In this document: piece after piece, positions 36,886 to 46,400 of the stretch
Position numbering within the stretch: position 1 is the stretch's first letter
Layout: each line of letters opens with the position of its first letter
Source of the DNA: Bacteroidales bacterium
Lineage (GTDB): Bacteria; Bacteroidota; Bacteroidia; Bacteroidales; WCHB1-69
NCBI GenBank assembly: GCA_017964255.1
Contig: JAGCSI010000034.1
Span: forward strand, 9,992 to 73,991
Reading direction: 5' to 3'
Length of the DNA stretch: 64,000 bases
Program-made: the position numbers and the translations under genes
Notes under the pieces: model-generated
The model's database searches: none
What the model was told of the DNA's origin: nothing
Seen by the model: the letters and a program-made list of their open reading frames with translations, nothing else

Positions 36886-39744
36886 TTATCTTTCTTTGAT
36901 AATCTGCAGGGTGCCGTGATAGTTGACAGTTTTTAATTTTCCTTTGTAGAGGAAGGTGAAGAAATAAGTGCCGTCGGTCACTTTGGAAGCGTCGAATACT
37001 TGTTCACCCACAATGATGCCATCACCTCGCTCACCGGTCATATCCTTGAAGGTGTCATAGTTGAGGGCATGGTAAACTTGTTTGCCCCAGCGGTCGTAAA
37101 TGGTCAGTTCGTTGTTTCTGTATCTGTCTGGATCATAGTCATTCATGGAAGTATTGAGGTTGCCGATGGCAAATACGTCGTTCACACCATCTCCATTGGG
37201 AGTGATGACATTCGGGAAAATGAGATCTGCCTCCAAAGTAACTGTATGGGTGATACTGCTCTTACAACCTTCAGGAGTGAACATGGAGAGGGTCACATCA
37301 TAGTCGCCCCAACTGGGGAAAATGTGTTCAAGGGCATAGCTGGAGGAGTCGATGCTGCCATCACCAAAGTCCCAATAGAAACCCATGCCGTCGCCGAATT
37401 CCAGAGTGTCGCCCTGTACTTGGAAAAAGATGGTGCCATTGGTTTCAGACCAGAGCGCCACTTCAGGAAGAGCGTCGAATTCAGCCATAGGTTGGTAATT
37501 GATAGTCAGATAATTGTATTTGGTGATGGAATCTGTGCATCCTTCATCGGTAAGGACCACTAATTTGACGGTATAATGTCCCTCGTGGTCAAATTGCAGG
37601 TCGGGGGATGCCTTGTCGGAGGTAAAGGCCACATTGCCGTTTTCGTCATAGACAATCCAATGGTATGACATGCCCATGGTGTCGTTGGCGAAGCTGGCAT
37701 TGTTGAAATGTACGGTCAATGGCGCGCAACCAGAGGTGTCGGACGCAGAGAATTCAGGCGTCGGTTTCGGGGAAACATAGACATTGACAGTGTCGGAACC
37801 TGTGCAAACCAACCCGTCTTCGTTGGTCACAGACACACGGACTGAGTAGTCACCCGCGGAAGTCAGAAAGATGGAAGGACTGTGCTCGCCGGTGCTCCAC
37901 ACGAGTGAGGTATAAGGCTCGTCATAGCCACAATCTAATTCATAAAGGTCACCATGGCAGATGGCGATGTCGGGTCCGAGGTCAGGATGAGGCCTCTCCA
38001 CCACGTCCAAAACAAAGGTGCTATCGTATTCACAGCCTAAATCGTCAATAACATGTACCGTATATTCAAAGTTACCACCCTCGGAAGGGATGATGGTGGA
38101 ATTTTCCGCGCCAGGGCCGGTCACGTACACGGAGTCGACAAAAACGGTGTAGGACCAATCCTGGGGCACCAAAGAGGGGTCTAAAGCCATTTCCCATTCG
38201 GTAATCCATCCGTTGTCCGCTCCCCATCCGTCAATGACGGTGATTGCCCATTGTCCGTTCATGGGGCATCCGATCAATGAACTGAAGGACTCGTCAGGAT
38301 GATAAACATTGGTCATATTGAGCGTATTGGTGGAGTCAACACTGCCATTGTGGACATTGACAGTTTCGTAAACATATCCATAGCCATTGGCATACTGGTA
38401 TCCGTTGCTGGTGTTGTTCGACCAACAATAATTCCAGGGCTGACCCATTTGGTTCTGGCTGTCGAAGGGATTGCAACCGTTGGAATAGTCGTAGGCAATG
38501 CCAAAATTTGCGCCGGAAGACACTCCTGTGCTTAATTGCCATCCCCAAGGAACGGGAATATAGGCGGAGCATTGGGAGGAGCCGCTTGAGCCGTATTTGT
38601 TCATGATTTTGGCCCTTTGTCCGTTCGGACAGGTGAGCGCGATATAGACATCACCGATATAGGAGTGCTCTAATTTTATCCGGACATACAGAATGTCGTC
38701 GGCGCTCTGTATGGTGGCGTTGGGGGCGAATGCGGTGAAAGTCACGGGAGAGTTGTATTCGCATCCGTTACCGCAATCCACTCCGTCGGGAATGAAGACG
38801 GTATCGTTGACAGCCAGTGTTGTCTCCTGTACGCTGTGAACCGAGTCAATTTGCAATATGGAAAGATTGGAGTATCCGGAGGTTATCGTTATTTCATCAC
38901 CGGAACAGATAGCGGGTAGCGGCTGTATGTGCTTGATGGGGTTCATGGAGGTCCTGATTCGGAAGATGGTAGGCATCATGTTCTTGCAGCCGGCACTATC
39001 CTCATTGCTGATCGAAATGTCATATCCTCGTCCAGCTTCAAACAGATAGTCCAGTACAGTCATCCCTTCTCCTTCCATGTAGTCAACGCCCAGGTCCCAT
39101 TTGAATGTGACATTGGTGTCGGCTTGGTGGTAAGTGTAGTCATTGTCGGGATAAACCCCGTTTACGACCAGATGAAGGGTGTCATTCCCGCAAAGATCTA
39201 TGTAATAAAAGCCGTCTGTATCCAGTTGCGGATAATGAGAGGATAAAAAGGGATTAATTTCCAAACCGACACGTTGGCAAGCACGAACGCAACTTGTTTC
39301 AACGAGATATCCGCCGGATTGGAGGGTGTCGTCACTTTTGAACCTCAAGGTTATTGCTCCGCTCGGATTGTGGACGGTAGCCGAGTAAACGAGTTCGTTT
39401 GCGGAAACGTTATTTACAATTTGGCTGTTGATGGCCGCTAATAACAGAGAATCTGCCACCATGTCTCCGTCATACACAAACAAGGTGTCATTGTGACAAA
39501 TTTCCAGATATACCATGTTGATTTTCACTTGCACATTGGGATTCGTGGGGTCGTCCGAATGAATGGTCAAGATGTCATTACGGTGGGGACCGTAATTTCC
39601 TTGAAGACCGCCGTGGTCTAAAATGACAAAATCACATCCTGTGACACTTGTTGTGCTACCGCCCATCGTAACGAAGGTCTGTGCGGAAATGGTCCCCATA
39701 ATCCCGCAAATGATAAAGGCTAAAAGAATAATATTGTTTTTCAT
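36886..39744 (-). CDS. T9SS type-B C-terminal sorting domain surface protein, paralog 3
   Basis: 952 aa from the ATG at 39744. MKNNIILLAFIICGIMGTISAQT parallels the paralog 2 N-terminus. The ORF-track start at 39774 is a TTG that adds 10 aa. Confidence 0.8.
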   Translation of the reverse strand: MKNNIILLAFIICGIMGTISAQTFVTMGGSTTSVTGCDFVILDHGGLQGNYGPHRNDILTIHSDDPTNPNVQVKINMVYLEICHNDTLFVYDGDMVADSLLLAAINSQIVNNVSANELVYSATVHNPSGAITLRFKSDDTLQSGGYLVETSCVRACQRVGLEINPFLSSHYPQLDTDGFYYIDLCGNDTLHLVVNGVYPDNDYTYHQADTNVTFKWDLGVDYMEGEGMTVLDYLFEAGRGYDISISNEDSAGCKNMMPTIFRIRTSMNPIKHIQPLPAICSGDEITITSGYSNLSILQIDSVHSVQETTLAVNDTVFIPDGVDCGNGCEYNSPVTFTAFAPNATIQSADDILYVRIKLEHSYIGDVYIALTCPNGQRAKIMNKYGSSGSSQCSAYIPVPWGWQLSTGVSSGANFGIAYDYSNGCNPFDSQNQMGQPWNYCWSNNTSNGYQYANGYGYVYETVNVHNGSVDSTNTLNMTNVYHPDESFSSLIGCPMNGQWAITVIDGWGADNGWITEWEMALDPSLVPQDWSYTVFVDSVYVTGPGAENSTIIPSEGGNFEYTVHVIDDLGCEYDSTFVLDVVERPHPDLGPDIAICHGDLYELDCGYDEPYTSLVWSTGEHSPSIFLTSAGDYSVRVSVTNEDGLVCTGSDTVNVYVSPKPTPEFSASDTSGCAPLTVHFNNASFANDTMGMSYHWIVYDENGNVAFTSDKASPDLQFDHEGHYTVKLVVLTDEGCTDSITKYNYLTINYQPMAEFDALPEVALWSETNGTIFFQVQGDTLEFGDGMGFYWDFGDGSIDSSSYALEHIFPSWGDYDVTLSMFTPEGCKSSITHTVTLEADLIFPNVITPNGDGVNDVFAIGNLNTSMNDYDPDRYRNNELTIYDRWGKQVYHALNYDTFKDMTGERGDGIIVGEQVFDASKVTDGTYFFTFLYKGKLKTVNYHGTLQIIKER

Positions 39745-39849
39745 TGTGCTATGGTTTTTAGTGTTTTCTTTCAATCACATGACGCTAAAAACTCGCAAAA
39801 CGTTACAATGAAATCAAGTTTTTGGCAAGCCGGAGGCTTACATAAATTT

Positions 39850-39857
39850 CAAATATA
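39850..39857 (-). promoter_or_regulatory. Bacteroidota -7 box (TAtaTTTG on minus strand) for paralog 3
   Basis: caaatata lies about 105 nt upstream of the ATG at 39744. The leader contains the conserved block at 39776-39813. Confidence 0.45.
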
Positions 39858-39940
39858 CAAGCAGTTATATTAAAAATATATGTTTGTTGTAAATATATAG
39901 GGGAAAATGTAGGACTGTCGTATTATGGCAGCCCTGAGAA

Positions 39941-39978
39941 ATAAAAAAAAACGTGTCAAACAGAAATCTGACACGTTT
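39941..39978 (-). terminator. intrinsic terminator after tRNA-Phe
   Basis: On the minus strand: stem aaacgtgtca/tgacacgttt followed by a T-run (the A9 run on the plus strand at 39943-39951). Confidence 0.7.
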
Positions 39979-39986
39979 GAAAAAAG

Positions 39987-40059
<73 letters not shown>

Positions 40060-40076
40060 AGCTGTTTTTGGAGTTG

Positions 40077-40084
40077 CAAAAATA
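40077..40084 (-). promoter_or_regulatory. Bacteroidota -7 box (TAttTTTG on minus strand) for tRNA-Phe
   Basis: caaaaata lies 18 nt upstream of the mature tRNA 5' end. Confidence 0.55.
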
Positions 40085-40234
40085 CAAAAAAAATCAATCT
40101 ACACTATATTTTTCAGAAAAAATTTTCATAATCAATATAAGTAATTGGTATTCAGTAATTTTAATTTTATTGATTGAATGATGACAATGCGCTTTTTCCT
40201 CTTTTTTTCATTTATTTGCGAGGAAAAATGGAAG

Positions 40235-40897
40235 TTAATCGTTCAATTTTTTGCCGTAAGCTAAATCTCCGGCATCTCCCAAACCAGGTACGATAAATGA
40301 ATTGGCAGTCAGTTCATCGTCCACGGCACCCACCCAAATGGTGCATTTACGGGGTGAGAGATTCTTCTGCAAATACTCTATACCCTGGGCGGAAGCGATG
40401 GCGCAAACAATGTGCGTGTGCCTGGGGTTGCCGTTGTTGAGGAGTTCTTCGTAAGCTAAAATCATGGATTGTCCTGTCGCCAACATAGAGTCGGCGATAA
40501 TCAATGTACGGTCCTCCAAATTGGGAGCTGACATGTAATCTACCTGGATTTCGAAGGAACCGTCGCGGTAATGCTTTCTGAAAGCCGATATAAAGGCGTT
40601 TTCCGAGTCGTCGAAGTAGTTGAGTAATCCTTGGTGGAAGGGGAGCCCGGCACGCAAAATTGTGGCTAAAACGGGCTTCTCCTTGAGCAGGTTCATATTG
40701 GCTATGCCAAGCGGAGTGGAGACTTCTCGCTTTTCATATTCCATCTGCTTGCTGATTTCATAGGCGAAAATCTCTCCTATACGTTCCAGATTTCTTCTGA
40801 AGCGCATGCTGTCCTGTTGAGCGTTCTCGCTTCTTATTTCCGCAATGAAATGATTGAAGATGGAATTCTCTAATCCTAAGTTTCTGATGGGTTTCAT
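40235..40897 (-). CDS. upp: uracil phosphoribosyltransferase
   Basis: 220 aa. PRPP-binding loop LIIADSMLATGQS and C-terminal VPGLGDAGDLAYG. Confidence 0.9.
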   Translation of the reverse strand: MKPIRNLGLENSIFNHFIAEIRSENAQQDSMRFRRNLERIGEIFAYEISKQMEYEKREVSTPLGIANMNLLKEKPVLATILRAGLPFHQGLLNYFDDSENAFISAFRKHYRDGSFEIQVDYMSAPNLEDRTLIIADSMLATGQSMILAYEELLNNGNPRHTHIVCAIASAQGIEYLQKNLSPRKCTIWVGAVDDELTANSFIVPGLGDAGDLAYGKKLND

Positions 40898-40939
40898 AAT
40901 GTTTGTTGTTTTTGTTTAATGGTTAATGTTTATTTTTTT

Positions 40940-41027
40940 GAGCTATGAGCTGTGAGCTGTGGGGTATGAGGTTAGAGTTTAGGGTTTGGGTTTAATGGGG
41001 AGTCTCATGCTTCGCATTCGAGGGGAG
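40940..41027. repeat. eight GAGCTGT-like heptamers followed by 30-bp C element
   Basis: gagctat gagctgt gagctgt ggggtat gaggtta gagttta gggtttg ggtttaa, then ggggagtctcatgcttcgcattcgaggggag (40997-41027). Confidence 0.85.
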
Positions 41028-41153
41028 TTTAAATTCCCCTTCTTCTAGATTCGACGAATGAGCGAGTGCAGATTCATAGTTTACTTTGAGTATGCCGAGC
41101 GAAGAGGAGAAGAAGACGAAGTCTTCAACGGGTGGCCGAAGGCCGGGGTAGTC

Positions 41154-41181
41154 TAATTTTGAATTTTGAATTTTGAATTAA
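41154..41181. repeat. (GAATTTT)n heptamer tract next to the stop of the FemAB-like gene
   Basis: taatttt gaatttt gaatttt gaattaa, 6 nt before the stop at 41188-41190. Confidence 0.8.
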
Positions 41182-41187
41182 TATTGC

Positions 41188-42120
41188 TTAGTGTTTTATC
41201 GCCTTATACAGTTTTATCAGCCCGCCCAAGTAAAAATCCCGGGTATAGTGCAGCATGTTGAAAGTGTATGGGATGCCGCCGAAGCTTTTGTACAGCCGGG
41301 CTACATTCTCGTTCATGGAGCCGTTGAAGTCTAGGATGTATTGCTGTTCCGCATGACGACGAATATACTCGTCAATCAGGAAAAACATGGCTTTTTTGTC
41401 CGCCTGCGCATTGTCCCGTCCCGAAAACCAAAACCATATTTTGCCATTATCTTTCAGAAAAAGGGCTCCGGCAATCATTTTTCCTTCACTCAGCACACCG
41501 ACGGTGTCCAAAAATCCATGGTTATAGGCATGGTGCGCCAGTCTCATCAAGCTGTAATAGTCTCTTTTTTTGTAATGTACAGCCTTTCGTTTGCCCCTGT
41601 TCTGTTGAAATAACCGGATAGTTTCCTTGATGGAAGCATTTTCGATATATTGTAGGCCTTGTTTTTGTGCGGATTTGATATTCCGGCTGGTATTCTGCGA
41701 GTATAGGCGGACAATTGTTTCGTAGGACTGTTTCAAGCCCATGCGATGCGATACCATTTCAATAACCTTGTCATCAATAAGTTCGCATGGATTGTTCTCG
41801 TTGAGAGAAAGGTCAATCTGTCTGTATTTCCGTGGTATGGCATCGGTAAATTCCTTCACCAGTTCGGGACTGATCTCTTTTTGGGAGAAAATGCCCATCC
41901 GATTATAAAAGAAGGGGGTGAATACATACTTGATGGATAGCTTTGAACGCACTGGCAATGGCATGATACTTTGATAGTCATCTTCCACTAAAGCACACCA
42001 GTTCGGATTGCCGATACTTAAGAAATCAAAATCGACAAAGATAGTGGGATTCAATGCCGTATGGGCAGTTTTGTTCCAGCTGTCTTTGTCGATTTCCGAA
42101 TGCTTAAGAAAGCGTATCAT
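41188..42120 (-). CDS. FemAB-like / GNAT-fold acyltransferase family protein (function unknown)
   Basis: 310 aa. The overall pattern resembles the FemAB/BioF2-like acetyltransferase family common in Bacteroidota, recognised by eye only. Its start is 4 nt after the MCM stop. Confidence 0.45.
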   Translation of the reverse strand: MIRFLKHSEIDKDSWNKTAHTALNPTIFVDFDFLSIGNPNWCALVEDDYQSIMPLPVRSKLSIKYVFTPFFYNRMGIFSQKEISPELVKEFTDAIPRKYRQIDLSLNENNPCELIDDKVIEMVSHRMGLKQSYETIVRLYSQNTSRNIKSAQKQGLQYIENASIKETIRLFQQNRGKRKAVHYKKRDYYSLMRLAHHAYNHGFLDTVGVLSEGKMIAGALFLKDNGKIWFWFSGRDNAQADKKAMFFLIDEYIRRHAEQQYILDFNGSMNENVARLYKSFGGIPYTFNMLHYTRDFYLGGLIKLYKAIKH

Positions 42121-42124
42121 CTGC

Positions 42125-44269
42125 TTAGTTCATCAGAATTTCCAGAATTTTGATGGCACAATCGCTGATAACAGAGCCAGGACCGAAAATGGCGGCGGCA
42201 CCGGCTTTGTACAGGAAGTCATAGTCCTGCGGCGGAATAACGCCACCCACCACCACGATGATGTCCTCGCGGCCTAATTTCTTCAGTTCTTCAATTACTT
42301 GGGGAACCAGAGTCTTGTGACCGGCAGCCAATGAGGAAACGCCCAATACGTGAACGTCGTTCTCAACGGCTTGCTTGGCAGCTTCTTCCGGGGTCTGGAA
42401 CAAAGGTCCCATATCCACGTCGAAACCGATGTCGGCATAACCGGTGGAGACTACCTTGGCGCCACGGTCGTGACCGTCCTGGCCCATTTTGGCAATCATA
42501 ATACGCGGACGACGGCCTTCTTTCCTGGCGAATTCGTCGGCCATCTCACAAGCTTTCTTGAAGCTGGTGTTTTCTTTTTGTTCTGAACTGTACACGCCTG
42601 TAATTAAATTGATTTTTGCTTTGTATCTTCCGAAAACTTTCTCCATAGCGTAGGAGATTTCACCCAAAGAAGCACGCTTTTTGGCTGCATCTACGGACAA
42701 TTCCAGCAGATTGCCCTCGCCAGTCTCGGCGCAGCGGGTGATAGCCTCCAGACAAGCCTGAACCTCTTCGTTGTTACGTTCTGCTCTCAGCTTGGCCAAA
42801 CGTTTAATCTGGGCCTCACGCACAGCGGTGTTGTCCACTTCCAGAGTCTCAATCGGGTCTTCCTTGTCCAAACGATATTTGTTGACACCTACGATGGATT
42901 CGATGCCAGAGTCGATTTTGGCCTGTTTTCTGGCAGCGGCTTCCTCGATTCTCATCTTTGGAATACCGGTTTCAATAGCTTTGGCCATGCCACCCAAGGC
43001 TTCCACTTCTTGGATATGCTTCCAGGCGCGGTGTGCCAGCGCATGGGTGAGGGTTTCCACATAATAGGATCCAGCCCACGGGTCAACCACACGGCAAACG
43101 TTAGTCTCTTCCTGAATGTAAATCTGTGTGTTACGGGCAATACGTGCGGAGAAGTCGGTAGGCAATGCGATAGCTTCGTCCAAAGCGTTGGTGTGCAGTG
43201 ACTGGGTGTGTCCCAGTGCGGCACCCATGGCTTCAATGCAAGTACGTGCCACGTTGTTGAACGGATCTTGCTCGGTGAGGCTCCAGCCTGAGGTTTGCGT
43301 GTGCGTACGCAAAGCCAGTGACTTGGGATTCTTCGGGTTGAAAGTACTTACAATTTTAGCCCACAGCATACGGGCAGCACGCATTTTGGCAATTTCCATG
43401 AAATGGTTCATGCCTGAGCACCAGAAAAATGACAGACGAGGTGCGAAAGCGTCAACATCCAAGCCGGCTTTGACACCGGTACGCAGGTAGTCCCAGCCGT
43501 CGGCCAAGGTGTATGCCATTTCAATGTCAGAAGTGGCACCGGCTTCCTGCATGTGATAGCCTGAAATGGAGATGCTGTTGAATTTCGGCATTTTTTGCGA
43601 GGTGAACTCGAAAATGTCGGCGATAATACGCATTGAGTGTTCAGGCGGGTAAATATAGGTGTTACGTACCATGAATTCCTTCAAAATGTCGTTTTGGATG
43701 GTGCCTTGCAATTCTTCGTATTTGGCACCTTGCTCCAAAGCGGCAACGATGTAGAACGCCAAAATCGGCATAACTGCACCGTTCATGGTCATGGAAACGG
43801 ACATTTTGTTCAAGGGAATCTGGTCGAACAAAACCTTCATATCTTCGACAGAGCAGATACTCACACCGGCCTTACCCACATCACCCATGACACGCTCGTG
43901 GTCGGCGTCGTAGCCACGGTGGGTGGCCAAGTCGAAGGCCACAGACAGACCTTTCTGGCCAGCTGCGATGTTACGGCGATAGAAAGCGTTACTTTCCTCA
44001 GCGGTGGAGAATCCGGCGTATTGACGGATGGTCCATGGGCGCATCACATACATGGTAGAGTAGGGTCCACGGAGGTAAGGGGCAATGCCGGCGGCATAGT
44101 TGAGGTGCTCCATGCCTTCCAAATCCTCTTTCCCATATACTGGCTTGACGGGAATTTGTTCCGTGGTCAGCCAACTGGTGTCGATGTTGTTTTCTTTAGC
44201 CCACTCGGCAAAACTCTGCTCGTTTTGCTTCTTTTGTTTGAAGTTTACTTTACTGAAATCAGGACGCAT
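42125..44269 (-). CDS. methylmalonyl-CoA mutase, large (catalytic) subunit
   Basis: 714 aa. N-terminal substrate-binding barrel and a C-terminal B12-binding domain with the DxHxxG motif ([10 protein letters not shown]). Confidence 0.95.
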   Translation of the reverse strand: MRPDFSKVNFKQKKQNEQSFAEWAKENNIDTSWLTTEQIPVKPVYGKEDLEGMEHLNYAAGIAPYLRGPYSTMYVMRPWTIRQYAGFSTAEESNAFYRRNIAAGQKGLSVAFDLATHRGYDADHERVMGDVGKAGVSICSVEDMKVLFDQIPLNKMSVSMTMNGAVMPILAFYIVAALEQGAKYEELQGTIQNDILKEFMVRNTYIYPPEHSMRIIADIFEFTSQKMPKFNSISISGYHMQEAGATSDIEMAYTLADGWDYLRTGVKAGLDVDAFAPRLSFFWCSGMNHFMEIAKMRAARMLWAKIVSTFNPKNPKSLALRTHTQTSGWSLTEQDPFNNVARTCIEAMGAALGHTQSLHTNALDEAIALPTDFSARIARNTQIYIQEETNVCRVVDPWAGSYYVETLTHALAHRAWKHIQEVEALGGMAKAIETGIPKMRIEEAAARKQAKIDSGIESIVGVNKYRLDKEDPIETLEVDNTAVREAQIKRLAKLRAERNNEEVQACLEAITRCAETGEGNLLELSVDAAKKRASLGEISYAMEKVFGRYKAKINLITGVYSSEQKENTSFKKACEMADEFARKEGRRPRIMIAKMGQDGHDRGAKVVSTGYADIGFDVDMGPLFQTPEEAAKQAVENDVHVLGVSSLAAGHKTLVPQVIEELKKLGREDIIVVVGGVIPPQDYDFLYKAGAAAIFGPGSVISDCAIKILEILMN

Positions 44270-44302
44270 AATCAGTTTTTTTAACTATTAAGTTTGAATC
44301 GG

Positions 44303-44310
44303 CAAAGTTA
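44303..44310 (-). promoter_or_regulatory. Bacteroidota -7 box (TAacTTTG on minus strand) for the mutase
   Basis: caaagtta lies 34 nt upstream of the ATG at 44269. Confidence 0.55.
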
Positions 44311-44343
44311 CATAAAAATCTTGATAATAACACAACATGTCAT

Positions 44344-44380
44344 AAAAAAAAGTGGAGATGCAATGGCGTCTCCACTTTTT
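44344..44380. terminator. bidirectional-type intrinsic terminator after the acyl-CoA ligase gene
   Basis: 10-bp stem gtggagatgc/gcgtctccac (one G-U pair) with loop aatg, flanked by A8 and T5. The arm reuses the gcgtctccac word found in family-A elements. Confidence 0.7.
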
Positions 44381-44420
44381 CATCGCTCACGGCTCATCGC
44401 TCATGGCTTTTGTCCGTGGC
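44381..44420. repeat. CATCGCT-like heptamer tract abutting the stop of the acyl-CoA ligase gene
   Basis: catcgct cacggct catcgct catggct tttgtcc gtggc, then the stop tta (44421-44423). Confidence 0.8.
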
Positions 44421-46190
44421 TTATTTGAACATTTCGTCAATTCTGTTGGCGTAGCGCTCATGGACAAAACGTCTCTTTACCTTCAGTGTTGGGGTGAGAA
44501 TCTCGTTTTTGATAGTCCATTCGTCAGGCACCAAGATGAACTTTTTGATTTGCTCGAAATCGCCGAAATTCTTGTTGTAACTTTGTACCTCACGGTTGTA
44601 ACGCTTGATGATGTCGGGGTTGTGTACCATGTCATCGGGAGTGGTGAACTTCATTTCGTGGCGTGCGCACCAGCCTTTCAGGAATTCAAAGTCGGGTGCG
44701 ATGACCGCGCCAGCGAATTTCTGGTTCTCACCTACCACCATCATGTTGGCAATGAACGGAGATTCGCAGAATTTCTCTTCCAAAGCTTCGGGGTTGATAT
44801 ACTTGCCGAAAGAGGTCTTGAACAAGCTCTTGATACGGCCGGTGATGAAAATCTGTCCTTTTTCGTTACGGCGACCCATATCTCCGGTGTGATACCAACC
44901 ATCTTTATCGATGACCTCGGCGGTCAGTTCGGGATCCTTGTAGTAGCCCATCATCACGTTGTGACCGCGGCACAGCAATTCGCCATTGTCGTCGAATTTG
45001 ATTTCCACACCGGGCAGCGGGAAGCCTACAGTGCCCACTTCACGTCCGTCACGGTCGCGGCAGCTCACGGCAATCACAGGAGAGGTCTCGGTGCTGCCAT
45101 AACCCTCGAAAACGGGCATGCCGATGGCGGAGAAGAAGGAGGCCAGATGAGGCTGGATGCTGGCGGCACCGGACACCACGATGTCAAAATTGCCACCTAT
45201 TTTTTCACGTATCTTCTTGTAAACCAATTTGTCGGCAATGCTGTGCTTGAAGTTGTACCAGGCAGAGCGTTCATAATCCTGGATTTTGTATTGTTTGGCT
45301 ACTCCGACAGCCCATACGAATATTTTCTGGGCCATGGGTTTCATGTTGAACTTGGAACTCCAGATTTTGTCGTAGAATTTTTCCAACACACGAGGTACTG
45401 CCGACATCATGGTGGGGTTCACCTCTTTGATGTTCTCGGCAATGGTGCCTAAATTTTGTGCGTAATATACGGACATGCCCAGATATTGGTACAGGAATAC
45501 CAGCATACGTTCGTAAGCGTGGCAGATGGGCAGGAAGCTGAAGGCCTTGTTGGACCATTTGGCGGGAGTCTGGCGCAGGTTGAGCAGCTGATGCACAATG
45601 TTGCGGTGTGACAGCATCACGCCTTTCGGGTGACCGGTGGTACCGGAAGTGTACATAATGGTGCAGCAATCTTCCTCTTTCACGGCATCGCTGCGACGTT
45701 TCAGTTCTTCGGGGTTGGCATTCTCACGGCCCATTTCAATCAACTGGTCCAGATAGGGGAAGCGGTCGCGATTGATGAAAGTATAAACTTTCTCCAGTTT
45801 CGGGGTGTCGCCCATGATGTTGCTGATCTTGTTCATCACTTCCACGCCTTCCACGAAAACGACCTTCATGTCGGAGTGGTTGACGATGTAATGGTAGTCG
45901 CTCTCGCTGATGGTCGGATACACGGGAACTGTGATGGCTCCGATTTGCATGATACCCATGTCCAGCATGTTCCATTCGGGACGGTTGTTGGCAATGATGC
46001 CGACCTTGTCGCCGGGTTCCACTCCCAATTTCATCAGTCCGTAACTGATATTGTCGGTCAATTCTTTATATTGGGCGGGTGAGAAGGTTACCCATTTCTG
46101 ATCTCTTTTACAGCCTAAAGCAATGGTCTGTTTGGGATATTTTTCCTCATAACGATTCAAAATATCAAAAAGTCTGCTGATTTCTTTCAT
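44421..46190 (-). CDS. long-chain-fatty-acid--CoA ligase (AMP-dependent synthetase)
   Basis: 589 aa. AMP-binding signature YTSGTTGHPKGV and later GWYHTGD. Confidence 0.9.
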   Translation of the reverse strand: MKEISRLFDILNRYEEKYPKQTIALGCKRDQKWVTFSPAQYKELTDNISYGLMKLGVEPGDKVGIIANNRPEWNMLDMGIMQIGAITVPVYPTISESDYHYIVNHSDMKVVFVEGVEVMNKISNIMGDTPKLEKVYTFINRDRFPYLDQLIEMGRENANPEELKRRSDAVKEEDCCTIMYTSGTTGHPKGVMLSHRNIVHQLLNLRQTPAKWSNKAFSFLPICHAYERMLVFLYQYLGMSVYYAQNLGTIAENIKEVNPTMMSAVPRVLEKFYDKIWSSKFNMKPMAQKIFVWAVGVAKQYKIQDYERSAWYNFKHSIADKLVYKKIREKIGGNFDIVVSGAASIQPHLASFFSAIGMPVFEGYGSTETSPVIAVSCRDRDGREVGTVGFPLPGVEIKFDDNGELLCRGHNVMMGYYKDPELTAEVIDKDGWYHTGDMGRRNEKGQIFITGRIKSLFKTSFGKYINPEALEEKFCESPFIANMMVVGENQKFAGAVIAPDFEFLKGWCARHEMKFTTPDDMVHNPDIIKRYNREVQSYNKNFGDFEQIKKFILVPDEWTIKNEILTPTLKVKRRFVHERYANRIDEMFK

Positions 46191-46290
46191 GTTTATGATT
46201 TAAGTTGATAAATTTCTTCTGAGTTGAGGCTAATAAAAAATGCAAAAGAATGAAAAAAAATGACAGACTTGTATTTTATGGTGTGTTTGA

Positions 46291-46400
46291 GGGGTAAATG
46301 TGGCGAAATTCCCAAATGAGGGGCGAAATTCCCAAATGAGGGGCGAAATTCAATTGCTGTGGGGTGAAATTTAAAAATACGGTGTGAAATAAATTTTTTG
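46291..46400 (+). promoter_or_regulatory. array of five to six phased 20-bp direct repeats (core G[CT]GAAAT) immediately upstream of the LytTR gene promoter
   Basis: ggcgaaattcccaaatgagg occurs twice perfectly (46302-46341). Degenerate units follow: ggcgaaattcaattgctgtg, gggtgaaatttaaaaatacg, gtgtgaaataaattttttg. The array ends at the -7 box. Confidence 0.7.

Noticed and set aside
44270-44420. Cobalamin riboswitch upstream of the B12-dependent mutase (and of nrdJ at 48232-48533)
   Set aside because: No B12-box-like consensus or extended conserved structure is visible. The mutase region is fully explained by a terminator, a heptamer tract and a -7 box. A covariance-model scan would be the definitive test.
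46291-46400. Possible CRISPR array or plasmid iterons
   Set aside because: The units are contiguous 20-bp repeats with no spacers. No cas or rep genes are nearby, and the array ends in a promoter. A regulator operator is the simpler reading. None of the other repeat tracts has repeat-spacer architecture either.
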